A stretch of DNA of 64,000 nt from an uncultured bacterium (GCA_964631325.1 CAZVWJ010000003.1:28171-92170), one strand, 5' to 3'; shown: positions 1 to 9,555, counted from the first letter of the stretch. Notes: generated by a model from the sequence alone, not told the origin. Translations and numbers: made by a program.

Positions 1-193
1 TTTCAACCTCATCGGGGTCAACTACTTCCGGGTCTATGTCAATTTCCTTGACCGTGCCTTTGCCATCCACTACAGCCGAGACCATACCACCGCCGGCCTG
101 ACCGGAAAATTCTTTTTCCTCCAGCTCATCTTGGGCTTCCTGAAATTTTTTCTGCATATCCTGTGCCTGTTTCAGAAGTTGCTGCATATCCAT
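1..193 (-). CDS. ybaB: Nucleoid-associated protein YbaB/EbfC. The C-terminus is cut by the window start.
   Basis: The minus-strand translation reads MDMQQLLKQAQDMQKKFQEAQDELEEKEFSGQAGGGMVSAVVDGKGTVKEIDIDPEVV, a typical YbaB. A GAGGAG Shine-Dalgarno sequence sits upstream of the ATG at 193. It lies downstream of dnaX as in many bacteria. It is absent from the ORF track because it is partial. Confidence 0.8.
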   Translation of the reverse strand, partial: MDMQQLLKQAQDMQKKFQEAQDELEEKEFSGQAGGGMVSAVVDGKGTVKEIDIDPEVVDPDEVE

Positions 194-330
194 AATTTAT
201 CTTCTCCTCTCAACAAAAAAATTAGAAGTTAATTAAATATTCTCTTAATTTTAAGTTTATAACCCTGACTTTATGATAATTTTTTGAATCTAAAACCGCA
301 ACAAATAAAAACCAGAACCACAAAATAAAT

Positions 331-372
331 CTCCTCTCCCCTGGTGGAAGAGGATTAAGGTGAGGGGGAAAC
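331..372. repeat. G-rich hairpin repeat, family A (imperfect hairpin followed by a GATTAAGGNGAGGGGG tail)
   Basis: The sequence ctcctctcccctggtggaagaggattaaggtgaggggga aligns with the copy at 19219-19259. Confidence 0.6.
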
Positions 373-424
373 CCGCTTTTTCATCCCCGTTTGTATCTTC
401 CCCTCTTTTTTCCCTCTCTCTGAC

Positions 425-447
425 TCTCTCCCACCAGGGGAGAGAGG
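425..447. repeat. Related hairpin ctctccc-acca-ggggagag
   Basis: A 7-bp stem hairpin close to the ccctctccc-gccag-gggagaggg hairpin of the family-B repeats at 18197 and 54203. Confidence 0.5.
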
Positions 448-561
448 ATAGGTGATTAGTTACTGCCGGGTTAGGCCCTGGGACGCTTGCCACTTCTCAC
501 GTGATTTTACGTTTCCGGCAATGACAAAAGTATTTTGAAGTTCTAACCTGTATTCGATGAA

Positions 562-2295
562 TTAATCAGGTGAGGATTTATTTATTTTTTGAACAGATTC
601 GGATTCTACGTCAAAAATTTCTTTTGCCTGATTGAGCAGACGGTCATCTTCCTCTTTTTCATTTTGTGATGAGTTTTTTTGATTTTCTTTTGTCCGATCC
701 TCTCTTTCATTTTGCTGGGCCCGGACTTTTATTTCTACTTCACAATCCTGACCGGTTTTCTCCTGAATAGCATCCTTTACTTTATCTTTATATTTTTCTT
801 TTTGCAGTTGTTCAACGTGATTTTTCCAGCCCTCCGTGAACCAGATTTGGATGGTGTTGTCCTTTTCGGTTACGCGGATACTGTTGCGGAGATAAGCCTG
901 TGCAGGATTTGGCACCGCCTTTAAGATTTGTTCCCACTCGGGTATTACCTCTTTTTTTGTTTTTTCCTGTTTCTGCTCGGGAACTTTCTTTTGTTTTTTT
1001 CCCTCAGTTTCTTTCTCAGTGGTGTCTCTGGCTATTTTTTTGGATTTTTTTTGGTCGGACCGGCTGCTTTCAGGTTGAGATTTCGTTTTTTTCGGAGCAG
1101 TTTCCGGACTTTTAGCTGTCGCTGAAGTTTCTTCCAATTTCTCCAGTTGATCAACTATTTCGGCCAGGTTGTAACGAGGCCGGCCCCGAACGATCTTTAT
1201 AAAGGTGATTTCAGTTAATTGAAGTTGAAAACGGCTGTATTTTTGAAGTTTTGAATGAAGTTCCAGCAGTTCTTCAAAAGACCAGCTTAGTTCAGTTGGA
1301 GTAAAGTCACTGGTTACTTCCTTTAATTCGGGCAGTATTTCCCCGGGAACCGAACGCCCCAGAAATGATTCTCCTTCCTCTGTTTCTGCCAGCAAAAGAC
1401 AATTACGAAACATCTCTGCCAGGTCACTGACCAGGGCCATCAGGTCATTACCGGCGTTAATATGTTCGTGCAGGAAGGAGAGAATTTTTTCTTCGTCTGA
1501 TTGGTTGATTGCCTTTAAAATTTCAATCAATTTATCATATGGAGCCAGCCCCCAGGTCTCACTCACTAATTCCTGGGTGATTTTTTCTTCACCGGCCCCG
1601 GTAAAATTGATCATCTGGTCAAGAATGCTCTGGGCATCCCTGAGACTCCCACCGGCAAATTTAGCAATCAGAAACAGGGCTTCGGGTTCGGCGGGGATTT
1701 CTTCTTCCTTGCATATTTTTTTAAGACAGTCTGCAATGGTTTGTTGAGGTATAAGTCTAAAATCAAAACGTTGACAGCGGCTGAGAATCGTATCGGGTAC
1801 TTTGTCCACTTCCGTGGTTGCAAAAATAAATATGACATGATCGGGCGGTTCTTCAAGGGTTTTTAGTAAAGCATTAAAAGCCGATCGAGAGAGCATGTGA
1901 ACTTCGTCAATAATATATACTTTTTTATCATTATGGGCAGGAGCGTATTGAACGTTTTCCCGTAGATTACGGATTTGGTCGACGCTGTTGTTGGATGCAC
2001 CGTCAATTTCGATTACGTCAACGTCTCGATCCTCGTTAATTTGCTGGCAGGACTGACACTCGTTACAGGGTTCGACGCTTTTTTCTTCAGAACAATTTAC
2101 TGCCTTGGCCAGCAGTCGAGCCGTGGTGGTTTTACCAATTCCCCGGGGACCGCTGAAAATATAAGCGTGCCCGATCCGATCGTTTTCCAAACTCCGGATC
2201 AGGGTTTTTACAATATGCTGCTGACCCAGAACTTCGCTGAAAGTTTTGGGCCGATATTTGCGAGCCAGGACACGATAAGGCATGACTAACCACAT
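562..2295 (-). CDS. dnaX: DNA polymerase III subunit gamma/tau
   Basis: Walker A motif GPRGIGKTT, a CxxC zinc module (CNECQSC), clamp-loader boxes and a K/E-rich C-terminal tail. The true start is probably MPYRV at 2283. Confidence 0.9.
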   Translation of the reverse strand: MWLVMPYRVLARKYRPKTFSEVLGQQHIVKTLIRSLENDRIGHAYIFSGPRGIGKTTTARLLAKAVNCSEEKSVEPCNECQSCQQINEDRDVDVIEIDGASNNSVDQIRNLRENVQYAPAHNDKKVYIIDEVHMLSRSAFNALLKTLEEPPDHVIFIFATTEVDKVPDTILSRCQRFDFRLIPQQTIADCLKKICKEEEIPAEPEALFLIAKFAGGSLRDAQSILDQMINFTGAGEEKITQELVSETWGLAPYDKLIEILKAINQSDEEKILSFLHEHINAGNDLMALVSDLAEMFRNCLLLAETEEGESFLGRSVPGEILPELKEVTSDFTPTELSWSFEELLELHSKLQKYSRFQLQLTEITFIKIVRGRPRYNLAEIVDQLEKLEETSATAKSPETAPKKTKSQPESSRSDQKKSKKIARDTTEKETEGKKQKKVPEQKQEKTKKEVIPEWEQILKAVPNPAQAYLRNSIRVTEKDNTIQIWFTEGWKNHVEQLQKEKYKDKVKDAIQEKTGQDCEVEIKVRAQQNEREDRTKENQKNSSQNEKEEDDRLLNQAKEIFDVESESVQKINKSSPD

Positions 2296-2315
2296 TTTAT
2301 CAGGATAAAATAACA

Positions 2316-2582
2316 GGCGTGCAGTCCGAAGTTGGGTAACGGCTGGAGTAAGCCATACTTTACCTTTCCGTTCGGGCCAAGACCCCCTGCAACATCCGGG
2401 AAACTCCTTACCGCTGCTCCCTCCCGGGCCTGACGGGGTTCGGAGCGCCAGGATCTGCAGGGCTCAGCCGTCGTCACAGTCCGGTAAGGCGGTCTTATCC
2501 ACCATTATTCGCGTTCGGACGGTCGGTTCCGCATAAGCGGTTTTCGGATCCAGGGAACCGCTAACTCCCCACCCAGCACGCC
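2316..2582 (-). ncRNA. ffs: Signal recognition particle RNA (long, Bacillus-type, about 267 nt)
   Basis: On the minus strand, GUCAGGCCCGGGAGGGAGCAGC and UCCCGGAUGUUGCAGGGGG match the conserved domain-IV motifs of 4.5S/SRP RNA (E. coli GUCAGGUCCGGAAGGAAGCAGC ... GCCGGGAUGUAGCUGGCAGGG). The termini GGCGUGC/GCACGCC can pair. The position immediately upstream of dnaX matches B. subtilis scr-dnaX. The ends are approximate. Confidence 0.75.
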
Positions 2583-2728
2583 ATGTGTATATTTTTTGTT
2601 AAAATTGTTAAAAATTCAGTATAGAATCACTGTTTGACGGATTCTTTCTTCACTACAGTACGATTATATCTTAATGGAATGGAATTAAAATATTTGTGAA
2701 GATAGCAATAATATCGGGAAAAGAATAG

Positions 2729-2803
2729 CGCGCCCGGGAGGATTTGAACCCCCGGCCTACGGCTCCGCAAGCCGCCGCTCTATCCGGACTGAGCTACGGG
2801 CGC
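2729..2803 (-). tRNA. tRNA-Arg (anticodon GCG by my parse)
   Basis: The minus-strand sequence GCGCCCGTAGCTCAGTCCGGATAGAGCGGCGGCTTGCGGAGCCGTAGGCCGGGGGTTCAAATCCTCCCGGGCGCG folds as a cloverleaf. Acceptor stem 7 bp; D-arm GCTC/GAGC; anticodon stem GCGGC/GCCGT with loop TTGCGGA; T-arm GGGGG-TTCAAAT-CCTCC. It resembles E. coli tRNA-Arg. CCA is not encoded. Confidence 0.8.
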
Positions 2804-2946
2804 ATTAATAAATACAAATAGAGAGAACTAAAGGTACGGTGGCTTTTTGAGCTTCCATTTAATAATATATTAAGTGTGAGTTATTTCCAGTTATTTTTCA
2901 GAAATTATGAATAAAGAAACTGTGTTATTTTCAAATTCAGGAGGCG

Positions 2947-3912
2947 ATGTTAGTGAACCGGATAGGTATTTTGACCAGTGGTGGAGATGCGCCGGGGATG
3001 AACCCGGCGATTCGTAGTGCTGTTCGGACAGCAATATCAAAAGGAATGGATGTTATAGGTTTTCATCGTGGTTTTGATGGTTTGATCAACCAGGAATACC
3101 GTCAGTTAGATGTTAGAATGGTCGGTGGTATTTTAGAAGAAGGGGGAACTATTCTTCGAACTATGCGTTGCCCGGAATTTAAACAGGAATCCGGGCTAAA
3201 AAAGGCCGCTCAAAATTTAGATCAGCTTGGCATAGAAGGGATGATAATTATTGGGGGGGATGGTTCATTTCGAGGAGGAATAGACCTGGGGGAGTATTGG
3301 AATGGCCAGATCGTTGGAGTCCCGGCCAGTATTGACAACGATATCGGCGGAACTGATATGTGTATAGGTTTTGACAGCGCAGTGAACACGGCTCTGGAAT
3401 CCGTGGATCGTATCCGGGACACTGCAACTTCCCACGAAAGGCTGTTTATTATCGAAGTAATGGGCCGCTCTTCCGGACATATTGCCCTGTCGGTTGGGTT
3501 AGCTGGAGGCGTGGAGGAAATACTTATTCCGGAGCGAGAATACCGGGTTGAAAATATTGTTGGCCGTGTGCACGAAGCTCGAAGCAAAGGAAAACTTCAT
3601 TACATAATCGTGCTCGCCGAAGGGGCCGGGAAAGGATTCCGGCTGGCTGATAAACTCAAGGATAAAAGCGGGATGGAGACCAGGGTGGCTGTCCTGGGCC
3701 ATATTCAACGAGGAGGAACCCCGAGTGCTTATGATCGAATCATTTCCGCTAAAATGGGAAATTATGCCGTGCGCACTCTGCTGGATGGAAAAACCGGAAT
3801 ATGCGCTGGCATCCATTCAGGCCGTCGTAATCTAACACCCCTGGAAGAAGCTGTCCAGGGCAAAGGATTAAGCAAGGAAAACGAAGCCATCTCACAAACT
3901 TTATCCATTTAA
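2947..3912 (+). CDS. pfkA: ATP-dependent 6-phosphofructokinase
   Basis: The N-terminus reads IGILTSGGDAPGMNPAIRSAV, with GGDGS and MGR motifs. Confidence 0.9.
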   Translation: MLVNRIGILTSGGDAPGMNPAIRSAVRTAISKGMDVIGFHRGFDGLINQEYRQLDVRMVGGILEEGGTILRTMRCPEFKQESGLKKAAQNLDQLGIEGMIIIGGDGSFRGGIDLGEYWNGQIVGVPASIDNDIGGTDMCIGFDSAVNTALESVDRIRDTATSHERLFIIEVMGRSSGHIALSVGLAGGVEEILIPEREYRVENIVGRVHEARSKGKLHYIIVLAEGAGKGFRLADKLKDKSGMETRVAVLGHIQRGGTPSAYDRIISAKMGNYAVRTLLDGKTGICAGIHSGRRNLTPLEEAVQGKGLSKENEAISQTLSI

Positions 3913-3928
3913 CTGGAGTGGATTAATT

Positions 3929-5134
3929 ATGAGCGCACCAATTGCTTTTATCGTGCCAACCTTTTGGGGACCCCCGAGGGAGAGTTTCTACGAGGACACT
4001 GACCAGATTTATGATCATCCAATTCCGATTGACGAAGAGGGTTGCCTGGGAAGATTCCTGCAGTCACTGCAGGAAGTTAATGGTGATTTTGACGTTGTTC
4101 TTTCCAGCGCCTCCTCAAGTTCAAAGTGGGAAGAGGAAGTAGATAGTAGAATTAGGAAGGAAATCGAGGAAAACGCCGGTGATTACGGCTGTTACCTGTT
4201 TAGCTACGAGAGCGCGGAAAAATTGAAGAATTATCTGCAGGAAAACGCTGACGAGGAATTACTGGAGCCAATTTCAATGTATGGCTATTCCGAAGTCCGT
4301 AATATGTCTATTATTGCCGCTCATATTCTCGGGTATGAAGCAATAATTTCAAGTGACGATGACGTGGTGTTCGATGACCCGGATTACCTCCACAAGGCCC
4401 GGGAATATCTGAACACTGAAGTGGAAGAAACCGGTGAACGAGCCCGGGTGGTCTGTGGCCCATATTACACCGAAGACGGAACTGTTAACTATGCCAGCCG
4501 GCCGCCCGACTGGATGGCCTACTGGAATAATTCCGAGGCAATGAATGAGGCGTTTGATCAATATATTTTTGGAGAACCACGGTTGAAAGAGTCCTCTTAC
4601 GTGGTAATGGGTAATATTGTTCTCCACAGGGACTTTTTCACCCGCGTTCCCCTGGATCCGGGTTGTCACCGGGGGGAGGATATGGACTGGCTGATAAATT
4701 CCCGCGCCTTTGGAGAGCGGTTTTACATGGACCGGGATCTGCGGGTTCAGCATCAACCCCCGCCGCGTGGTTTTCCTCTCTGGAAACTTGTGCGACTGGA
4801 TATTGAAAGGTTTATCTACGACCGAAAGAAAGTCCGGCAGATGGAGGAAAAGCTGGATATTCCCGCTTCCTATTTTGAACCATGGCCGGGCGCATTTTTA
4901 AAACCGGACCTGGAGGAGCGGATTTTTCGGACTAATATGATGCTCTCCCAGGAGTATATGATTGAGGAGGATAAAGAAGCCGCCCGGGGTTGTATGGAGA
5001 ACATATTTTATGGTAAATTTGAATACGATCCTGGTGATCCGCTGGGAGAGCTTCAACAGTTTCAGAACCGCTGGGAACGGTTGATGGATTTTATCGATGA
5101 ACACCGTTCGGAGCTAAAAGAGCTAATTTATTGA
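3929..5134 (+). CDS. Hypothetical protein with a DDD/DxD-like acidic motif (ISSDDDVVFDDPD). Possibly a GT-A-like glycosyltransferase of unclear family.
   Basis: A 401-aa ORF with no family I recognise. It sits 17 nt after pfkA. A 12-bp-stem hairpin follows. Confidence 0.5.
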   Translation: MSAPIAFIVPTFWGPPRESFYEDTDQIYDHPIPIDEEGCLGRFLQSLQEVNGDFDVVLSSASSSSKWEEEVDSRIRKEIEENAGDYGCYLFSYESAEKLKNYLQENADEELLEPISMYGYSEVRNMSIIAAHILGYEAIISSDDDVVFDDPDYLHKAREYLNTEVEETGERARVVCGPYYTEDGTVNYASRPPDWMAYWNNSEAMNEAFDQYIFGEPRLKESSYVVMGNIVLHRDFFTRVPLDPGCHRGEDMDWLINSRAFGERFYMDRDLRVQHQPPPRGFPLWKLVRLDIERFIYDRKKVRQMEEKLDIPASYFEPWPGAFLKPDLEERIFRTNMMLSQEYMIEEDKEAARGCMENIFYGKFEYDPGDPLGELQQFQNRWERLMDFIDEHRSELKELIY

Positions 5135-5145
5135 CTTTTCTTTCT

Positions 5146-5176
5146 TACTTTTCTTTTACGAGAAGAAAAGTAAGCA
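5146..5176 (+). terminator. Perfect 12-bp stem hairpin (cttacttttctt-ttacgag-aagaaaagtaag) just after the stop of the preceding gene
   Basis: The inverted repeat is read directly from the sequence. There is no clear T-tract, so its function as a terminator is uncertain. Confidence 0.35.
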
Positions 5177-5289
5177 AAAGAAACCTGTTGTGGGTAAAGC
5201 AGTTGGTCGAAAGGTTATTGTTAATCAATCAGGTTTTTTGATCCAATCTTTTTCTCGTAAAAAAAGATTGACCCGAGGAGGGGAGAAGA

Positions 5290-5862
5290 GTGTTTTCCTT
5301 AAAGTTCAGGATTTTACTTGTTTTTTTATTGGGGGTTTTGTTTTTATTTGGCTGTCAGAGTCAGGAGGAAGCAATAAAAATAACGCCGAAAGGAGGTGCA
5401 AACATGGAAATAACTTCCAGTGTATTCAAGGAACAGCAGTCTATTCCGTCCAAATACACCTGTGACGGGGCCGACGTCTCCCCACCGTTGTCAATCAACG
5501 GAGTGCCGGATTCAGCCGAGACGCTTGCTTTAGTTGCTGATGATCCGGATGCGCCCGGCGGCACGTTTGTTCACTGGGGGATCTGGAACCTTCCCGCTTC
5601 TACGGGAAAAATACCGGCAAAAGTACCACAGGAGAAGAGTGTGGCCAGTCTTGGCTCGGCCGTCCAGGGCAAGAATGATTTTGGTGAATACGGTTATCGA
5701 GGTCCGTGTCCGCCCGGCGGCGAACACCGTTACCAGTTTCACCTGTATGCCGTGGACAGGAAAATTGATCTTTCCGCGGGAGCTTCCAAAAATGACCTGC
5801 TGAAAGCAATTAAGGGATCAGTTGTGGCTGAAACTGAACTGACCGGTCTCTATAGCCGTTAA
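5290..5862 (+). CDS. YbhB/YbcL (PEBP/Raf-kinase-inhibitor-like) family protein. A lipoprotein signal is present.
   Basis: GGTFVHWGIWNLPA and CPPGGEHRYQFHLYAVD are PEBP-family hallmarks. The N-terminus LLGVLFLFGCQSQ is a lipobox. Confidence 0.8.
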   Translation: MFSLKFRILLVFLLGVLFLFGCQSQEEAIKITPKGGANMEITSSVFKEQQSIPSKYTCDGADVSPPLSINGVPDSAETLALVADDPDAPGGTFVHWGIWNLPASTGKIPAKVPQEKSVASLGSAVQGKNDFGEYGYRGPCPPGGEHRYQFHLYAVDRKIDLSAGASKNDLLKAIKGSVVAETELTGLYSR

Positions 5863-6158
5863 TTAGCGCTTCCTGAGATAAAAATAAAGCCCGGCCGGGA
5901 GACCAGATTAATACTTATGATTCCCTCCAAAAACTCTTTTCCCTCGATGGGGGAAGGCCTGTGGCACGTACGCGTTATTTAGATGGGGGTGAAAACAGGT
6001 TTATAACGGTCTTCCGGGATTTAAAATCTGGGTTAAAGACCTTTTTAGAGTAGACTCACTCATAGAAAGAACAACCAAGTTTAGTATATTCCTGTATACT
6101 TACGCTGTGATTTCTCCATTAAAATTGGTTAGTGGTATATTTAATCTAAGATTGGGTA

Positions 6159-6995
6159 GTGGTGTTAATGCGAAGAACCCAGATGCGCCTGGGACCCGGG
6201 GAGACTACTCCGGTAGTCCGGACGTTATTAATAATTAATGGAGCCGTATTTTTTCTCCAGCTTTTTCTCCGGGCTACAAGTCCTTCGTTGTCTCGCTGGT
6301 TTGAGAGATTTTTTGCTCTGATTCCGGTGAACGTGGTCTACATGGGATTTATCTGGCAGTTTGTTACTTACCAATTCTTGCACGGGGGACTTCTCCATAT
6401 TCTTTTTAACATGTTTATGCTCTGGATGTTTGGCGTTGAGTTGGAGCGTATCTGGGGAGCAGCGGGTTTTCTTCGTTTTTACCTGTTGTGTGGAGTGGCC
6501 GGGGGACTGGGGATGGTTGTGTTTAACTACGGGGATACACCAGTGGTTGGAGCCTCCGGAGCGATCCTGGGATTGCTCGGTGCTTTTGCACTCTACTGGC
6601 CGGATAGAATGGTTTATGTCTGGGGGATTCTTCCGGTAAAAATAAAACATTTAGTTGCCGTCCTGGCAGTAATTTCTCTCCTGGCCGGGATGTCAAGCGG
6701 TAGAGCGGGCATAGCTCACATGGCCCATCTTTTTGGCCTGCTAACGGGGTTGTTTTACGCCTGGGCCGGAGACCCTCGAAAGCCTTTACTGGCTCTCCTC
6801 TATAATTTTTTCCAGCAGCAAAAGATTAAGAAAAAAAAGCGCGAGTGGAAAGAGGAGGAAAAAAGAAAACAGGAGATGGTGCGGGAAGCCGATGAGATAC
6901 TTGATAAGTTGAACCGGACGACATGGGAAAATCTTTCCCACCGTGAGAAAAAGAGAATTAAAGAGATCAGTGAAGAGTTAAAAGGAGAAGACTAA
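6159..6995 (+). CDS. Rhomboid family intramembrane serine protease
   Basis: The catalytic motif GASGAILGLLGAF, multiple TM helices and the catalytic His region AHLFGLL are present. The C-terminal tail is K/E-rich. Confidence 0.75.
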   Translation: MVLMRRTQMRLGPGETTPVVRTLLIINGAVFFLQLFLRATSPSLSRWFERFFALIPVNVVYMGFIWQFVTYQFLHGGLLHILFNMFMLWMFGVELERIWGAAGFLRFYLLCGVAGGLGMVVFNYGDTPVVGASGAILGLLGAFALYWPDRMVYVWGILPVKIKHLVAVLAVISLLAGMSSGRAGIAHMAHLFGLLTGLFYAWAGDPRKPLLALLYNFFQQQKIKKKKREWKEEEKRKQEMVREADEILDKLNRTTWENLSHREKKRIKEISEELKGED

Positions 6996-7855
6996 CCGGT
7001 TGAAAGCGGCAATTGTTCAGCTTCATAAAACCAATCCCCGGGTTCAAAATCTTCTTCCAGGGTTCCGTGAAAATCAGAGCCGCCGGTAACAATTAGATCG
7101 TATTCATCGGCCAGTTTAAGATAATGTTCGGTGATATTTTTTTCGAATTCATGGTGATAGCATTCGAGACCGTCCAGGCCGCAGTTAGTTAATTTTTCAA
7201 TTACCGCGTCGTTGTTAGTGTAGTAGGGATGCGCCCAGACAGCCATCCCAGCGCAGTCATGGATAAGATCAATGACTCGTTGAGGGCTATAATGTGGTTT
7301 TGATTCATAGGCTGGCAGATCATCACCAATGTAGAGCTGAAAAGCTTCGTCCACTGTCTTTACGTAGTCAGCTTCCTTTAACGCTTGAGCAACATGCACT
7401 CTTCCCACTGATTCTCCCCTGGAAAAAGAGTTTACGGCTTCAAAGTCAAGTTTAATTCCAAATCTGGTCAGTTTTTCAAGCATTTTTTTAGCCCTTTTGA
7501 CCCGGGTTTTTTTTATGTCAGATAAAAAATCAAGTAGTTCTTTATTCTCGTGATTTATTCCGTAACCTAAAATATGAACGGGATAAAACTCGTTATTATC
7601 CTCCCGGACAAAAGCTTCGAGCTCAACTCCGGGTAGGACGCGGCAGCTAACCTCTTGTGCTGCTTCTAACATTTCTGGGATTCCCTTAACCGTATCGTGG
7701 TCAGTAATGGAAATTATTTCCAGGCCGTTTTTAGCGGCGGTCTTTATAATATCTTCGGGGGAGAATTTTCCGTCACTAAACCTGGTGTGAAAGTGGAGAT
7801 CAGCTCGGAGGGGATAAGAAAGTTGCTTTTCTGAATTTAAATTTATCATAGCCAA
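6992..7855 (-). CDS. PHP-domain metal-dependent phosphoesterase
   Basis: The N-terminus ADLHFHTRFSDGKFSPEDII with the ITDHDT motif is typical of the PHP family. Confidence 0.75.
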   Translation of the reverse strand: MAMINLNSEKQLSYPLRADLHFHTRFSDGKFSPEDIIKTAAKNGLEIISITDHDTVKGIPEMLEAAQEVSCRVLPGVELEAFVREDNNEFYPVHILGYGINHENKELLDFLSDIKKTRVKRAKKMLEKLTRFGIKLDFEAVNSFSRGESVGRVHVAQALKEADYVKTVDEAFQLYIGDDLPAYESKPHYSPQRVIDLIHDCAGMAVWAHPYYTNNDAVIEKLTNCGLDGLECYHHEFEKNITEHYLKLADEYDLIVTGGSDFHGTLEEDFEPGDWFYEAEQLPLSTG

Positions 7856-7916
7856 AAAGTGTAGGGGGAATTTCGAACCCAGTCAAGAAAGAAATTCTGT
7901 GTGTAGGATTTAACTT

Positions 7917-8783
7917 TTGTTCTCGGGGATGATAAAATCACTGGTGAGAGGTAGCAATTTTATATTTAATAAAATAGACCGACAGGGTCTGAATAAATGG
8001 CGGCGCATAAAAATGTTTAAGTTAATCAGCCGAATTGGGGAATGGGTTAATCACACCATTTTGACTCTGGGCAAATTTGGTTCTTTCCTGGGGAAAACGA
8101 TTTTTATTTTTTTTATCCCTCCTGTAAAAGTCGGACGAATTATAAAAAGGATTAATTTTATCGGGACCAAGTCTCTCTGGTTAATTGTTTTAATTGGTGG
8201 ATTTACCGGGGCTGTTCTGGGACTGCAGGTTCATTATACCCTGATTAAATTTGGCGCGGCAGCCCGGGTGGGAACAGTGGTTTCACTCTCTTTAATCCGA
8301 GAATTAGGGCCGGTGATTTGTGCTTTAATGGTAGCGGGACGTGCTGGTTCGTCGCTGGCCTCAGAACTGGGCGTAATGCAGATAACCGAACAGTTTGATG
8401 CTCTGAAGATTATGGGGCTTGATCCTTTCCGATATTTTATGACTCCAATTTTTGTGGCTTCGATAATTGCCGTGTTTTTATTAACTGCTATCTTCAACGT
8501 AGTTGGAATCCTGGGTGGTTTTGCAGTGACCGGAGGCTTGCTGGGAGTTACTTACGGTAGCTACTTCAGCGGCATTACTGATTTTGTAATGTTTTCTGAC
8601 ATTCTTAATGGGGCGATAAAGTCTCTGTTTTTTGGTGGAATAATTGCCTGGGTGAGTTGCTACAAAGGATTTTACACTGGTCGGGGAGCCGAAGGAGTTG
8701 GCCAGGCCTCAACAGAGGCCGTGGTGGTATCCAGCGTTCTGATTTTGGCTGCTGATTACATAATGACCTCGATAATGTTTTAA
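7917..8783 (+). CDS. mlaE: Phospholipid ABC transporter permease MlaE
   Basis: Polytopic permease with MlaE/YrbE-like sequence (GPVICALMVAGRAGSS), followed by mlaF, mlaD and mlaC. The start may lie further in. Confidence 0.8.
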   Translation: MFSGMIKSLVRGSNFIFNKIDRQGLNKWRRIKMFKLISRIGEWVNHTILTLGKFGSFLGKTIFIFFIPPVKVGRIIKRINFIGTKSLWLIVLIGGFTGAVLGLQVHYTLIKFGAAARVGTVVSLSLIRELGPVICALMVAGRAGSSLASELGVMQITEQFDALKIMGLDPFRYFMTPIFVASIIAVFLLTAIFNVVGILGGFAVTGGLLGVTYGSYFSGITDFVMFSDILNGAIKSLFFGGIIAWVSCYKGFYTGRGAEGVGQASTEAVVVSSVLILAADYIMTSIMF

Positions 8784-8796
8784 GGAGCCGGAGCTA

Positions 8797-9555
8797 ATGA
8801 TACAAGTTCAAGGAGTTAGAAAAACGCTGGCCGGCGAAGATGTGTTAAAAGAAATTGACCTGGAGGTGGAAGAAGGGGAAATTATTGCTCTGTTGGGAGC
8901 CAGTGGAGCCGGAAAATCCGTCCTGCTTAAAAATTTAGTCGGTTTAATGAAACCGGACCGGGGAGAGGTAAAAATAAATAATTACGATGTTCACCGGGCT
9001 TCTTCCACTGAACTGGCAGAATTGCGTAGCGCTCTTGGAATGTTATTCCAGGGGGGAGCACTATTTGATTCTATGACCGTTTATGAGAATTTGGCTTTTC
9101 CGCTGCGGGAGAAAACAAAATTATCTTCGGTTGAGATTAAACAACGAATTGAGGAACTGCTTGAAGAGGTAGATATGGCGGAAGCAGAAAATAAATATCC
9201 GGCAGAATTGAGTGGCGGAATGCAAAAACGGGTGGCTCTGGCCAGAACATTGGTCCGGAGCCCCGAAGTTATATTTTTCGATGAGCCAACCACGGGCCTT
9301 GATCCATTGATTGGTAATTCTATTCTCAGGTTAATTTGTAATTTGCATCGGGAGTATAATTTTACTGCCGTAATTGTAACCCATAATTTTCAGAAAGTGT
9401 TTCAAATTGTCCACAAGGTAGCTATGATATACGAAGGTAAAATACTAATTCATACTTCCCCCGAACAGTTTATGGAAGCTGATCATCCTGCCGTTCAAAA
9501 TTTTGTCAACGAAGCTTTAAAAGGACCACTGGAGGCTGTAAAAAATGGAGAATAA
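8797..9555 (+). CDS. mlaF: Phospholipid ABC transporter ATP-binding protein MlaF
   Basis: Walker A GASGAGKS, ABC signature LSGGMQKRV, Walker B IFFDEPT. Confidence 0.85.
   Translation: MIQVQGVRKTLAGEDVLKEIDLEVEEGEIIALLGASGAGKSVLLKNLVGLMKPDRGEVKINNYDVHRASSTELAELRSALGMLFQGGALFDSMTVYENLAFPLREKTKLSSVEIKQRIEELLEEVDMAEAENKYPAELSGGMQKRVALARTLVRSPEVIFFDEPTTGLDPLIGNSILRLICNLHREYNFTAVIVTHNFQKVFQIVHKVAMIYEGKILIHTSPEQFMEADHPAVQNFVNEALKGPLEAVKNGE

Noticed and set aside
290-493. A 67-aa minus-strand ORF
   Set aside because: It lies entirely within the G-rich hairpin repeats between dnaX and ybaB. It has no ribosome-binding site, and its composition is repeat-driven.
679-1125. Several plus-strand ORFs (679-924, 900-1115, 928-1125)
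   Set aside because: They are antisense to the K/E-rich tail of dnaX. Their Phe and Leu richness is a low-complexity artefact.
5190-5465. A 91-aa plus-strand ORF
   Set aside because: It overlaps the better-supported PEBP gene start and hairpin region, and has no domain.
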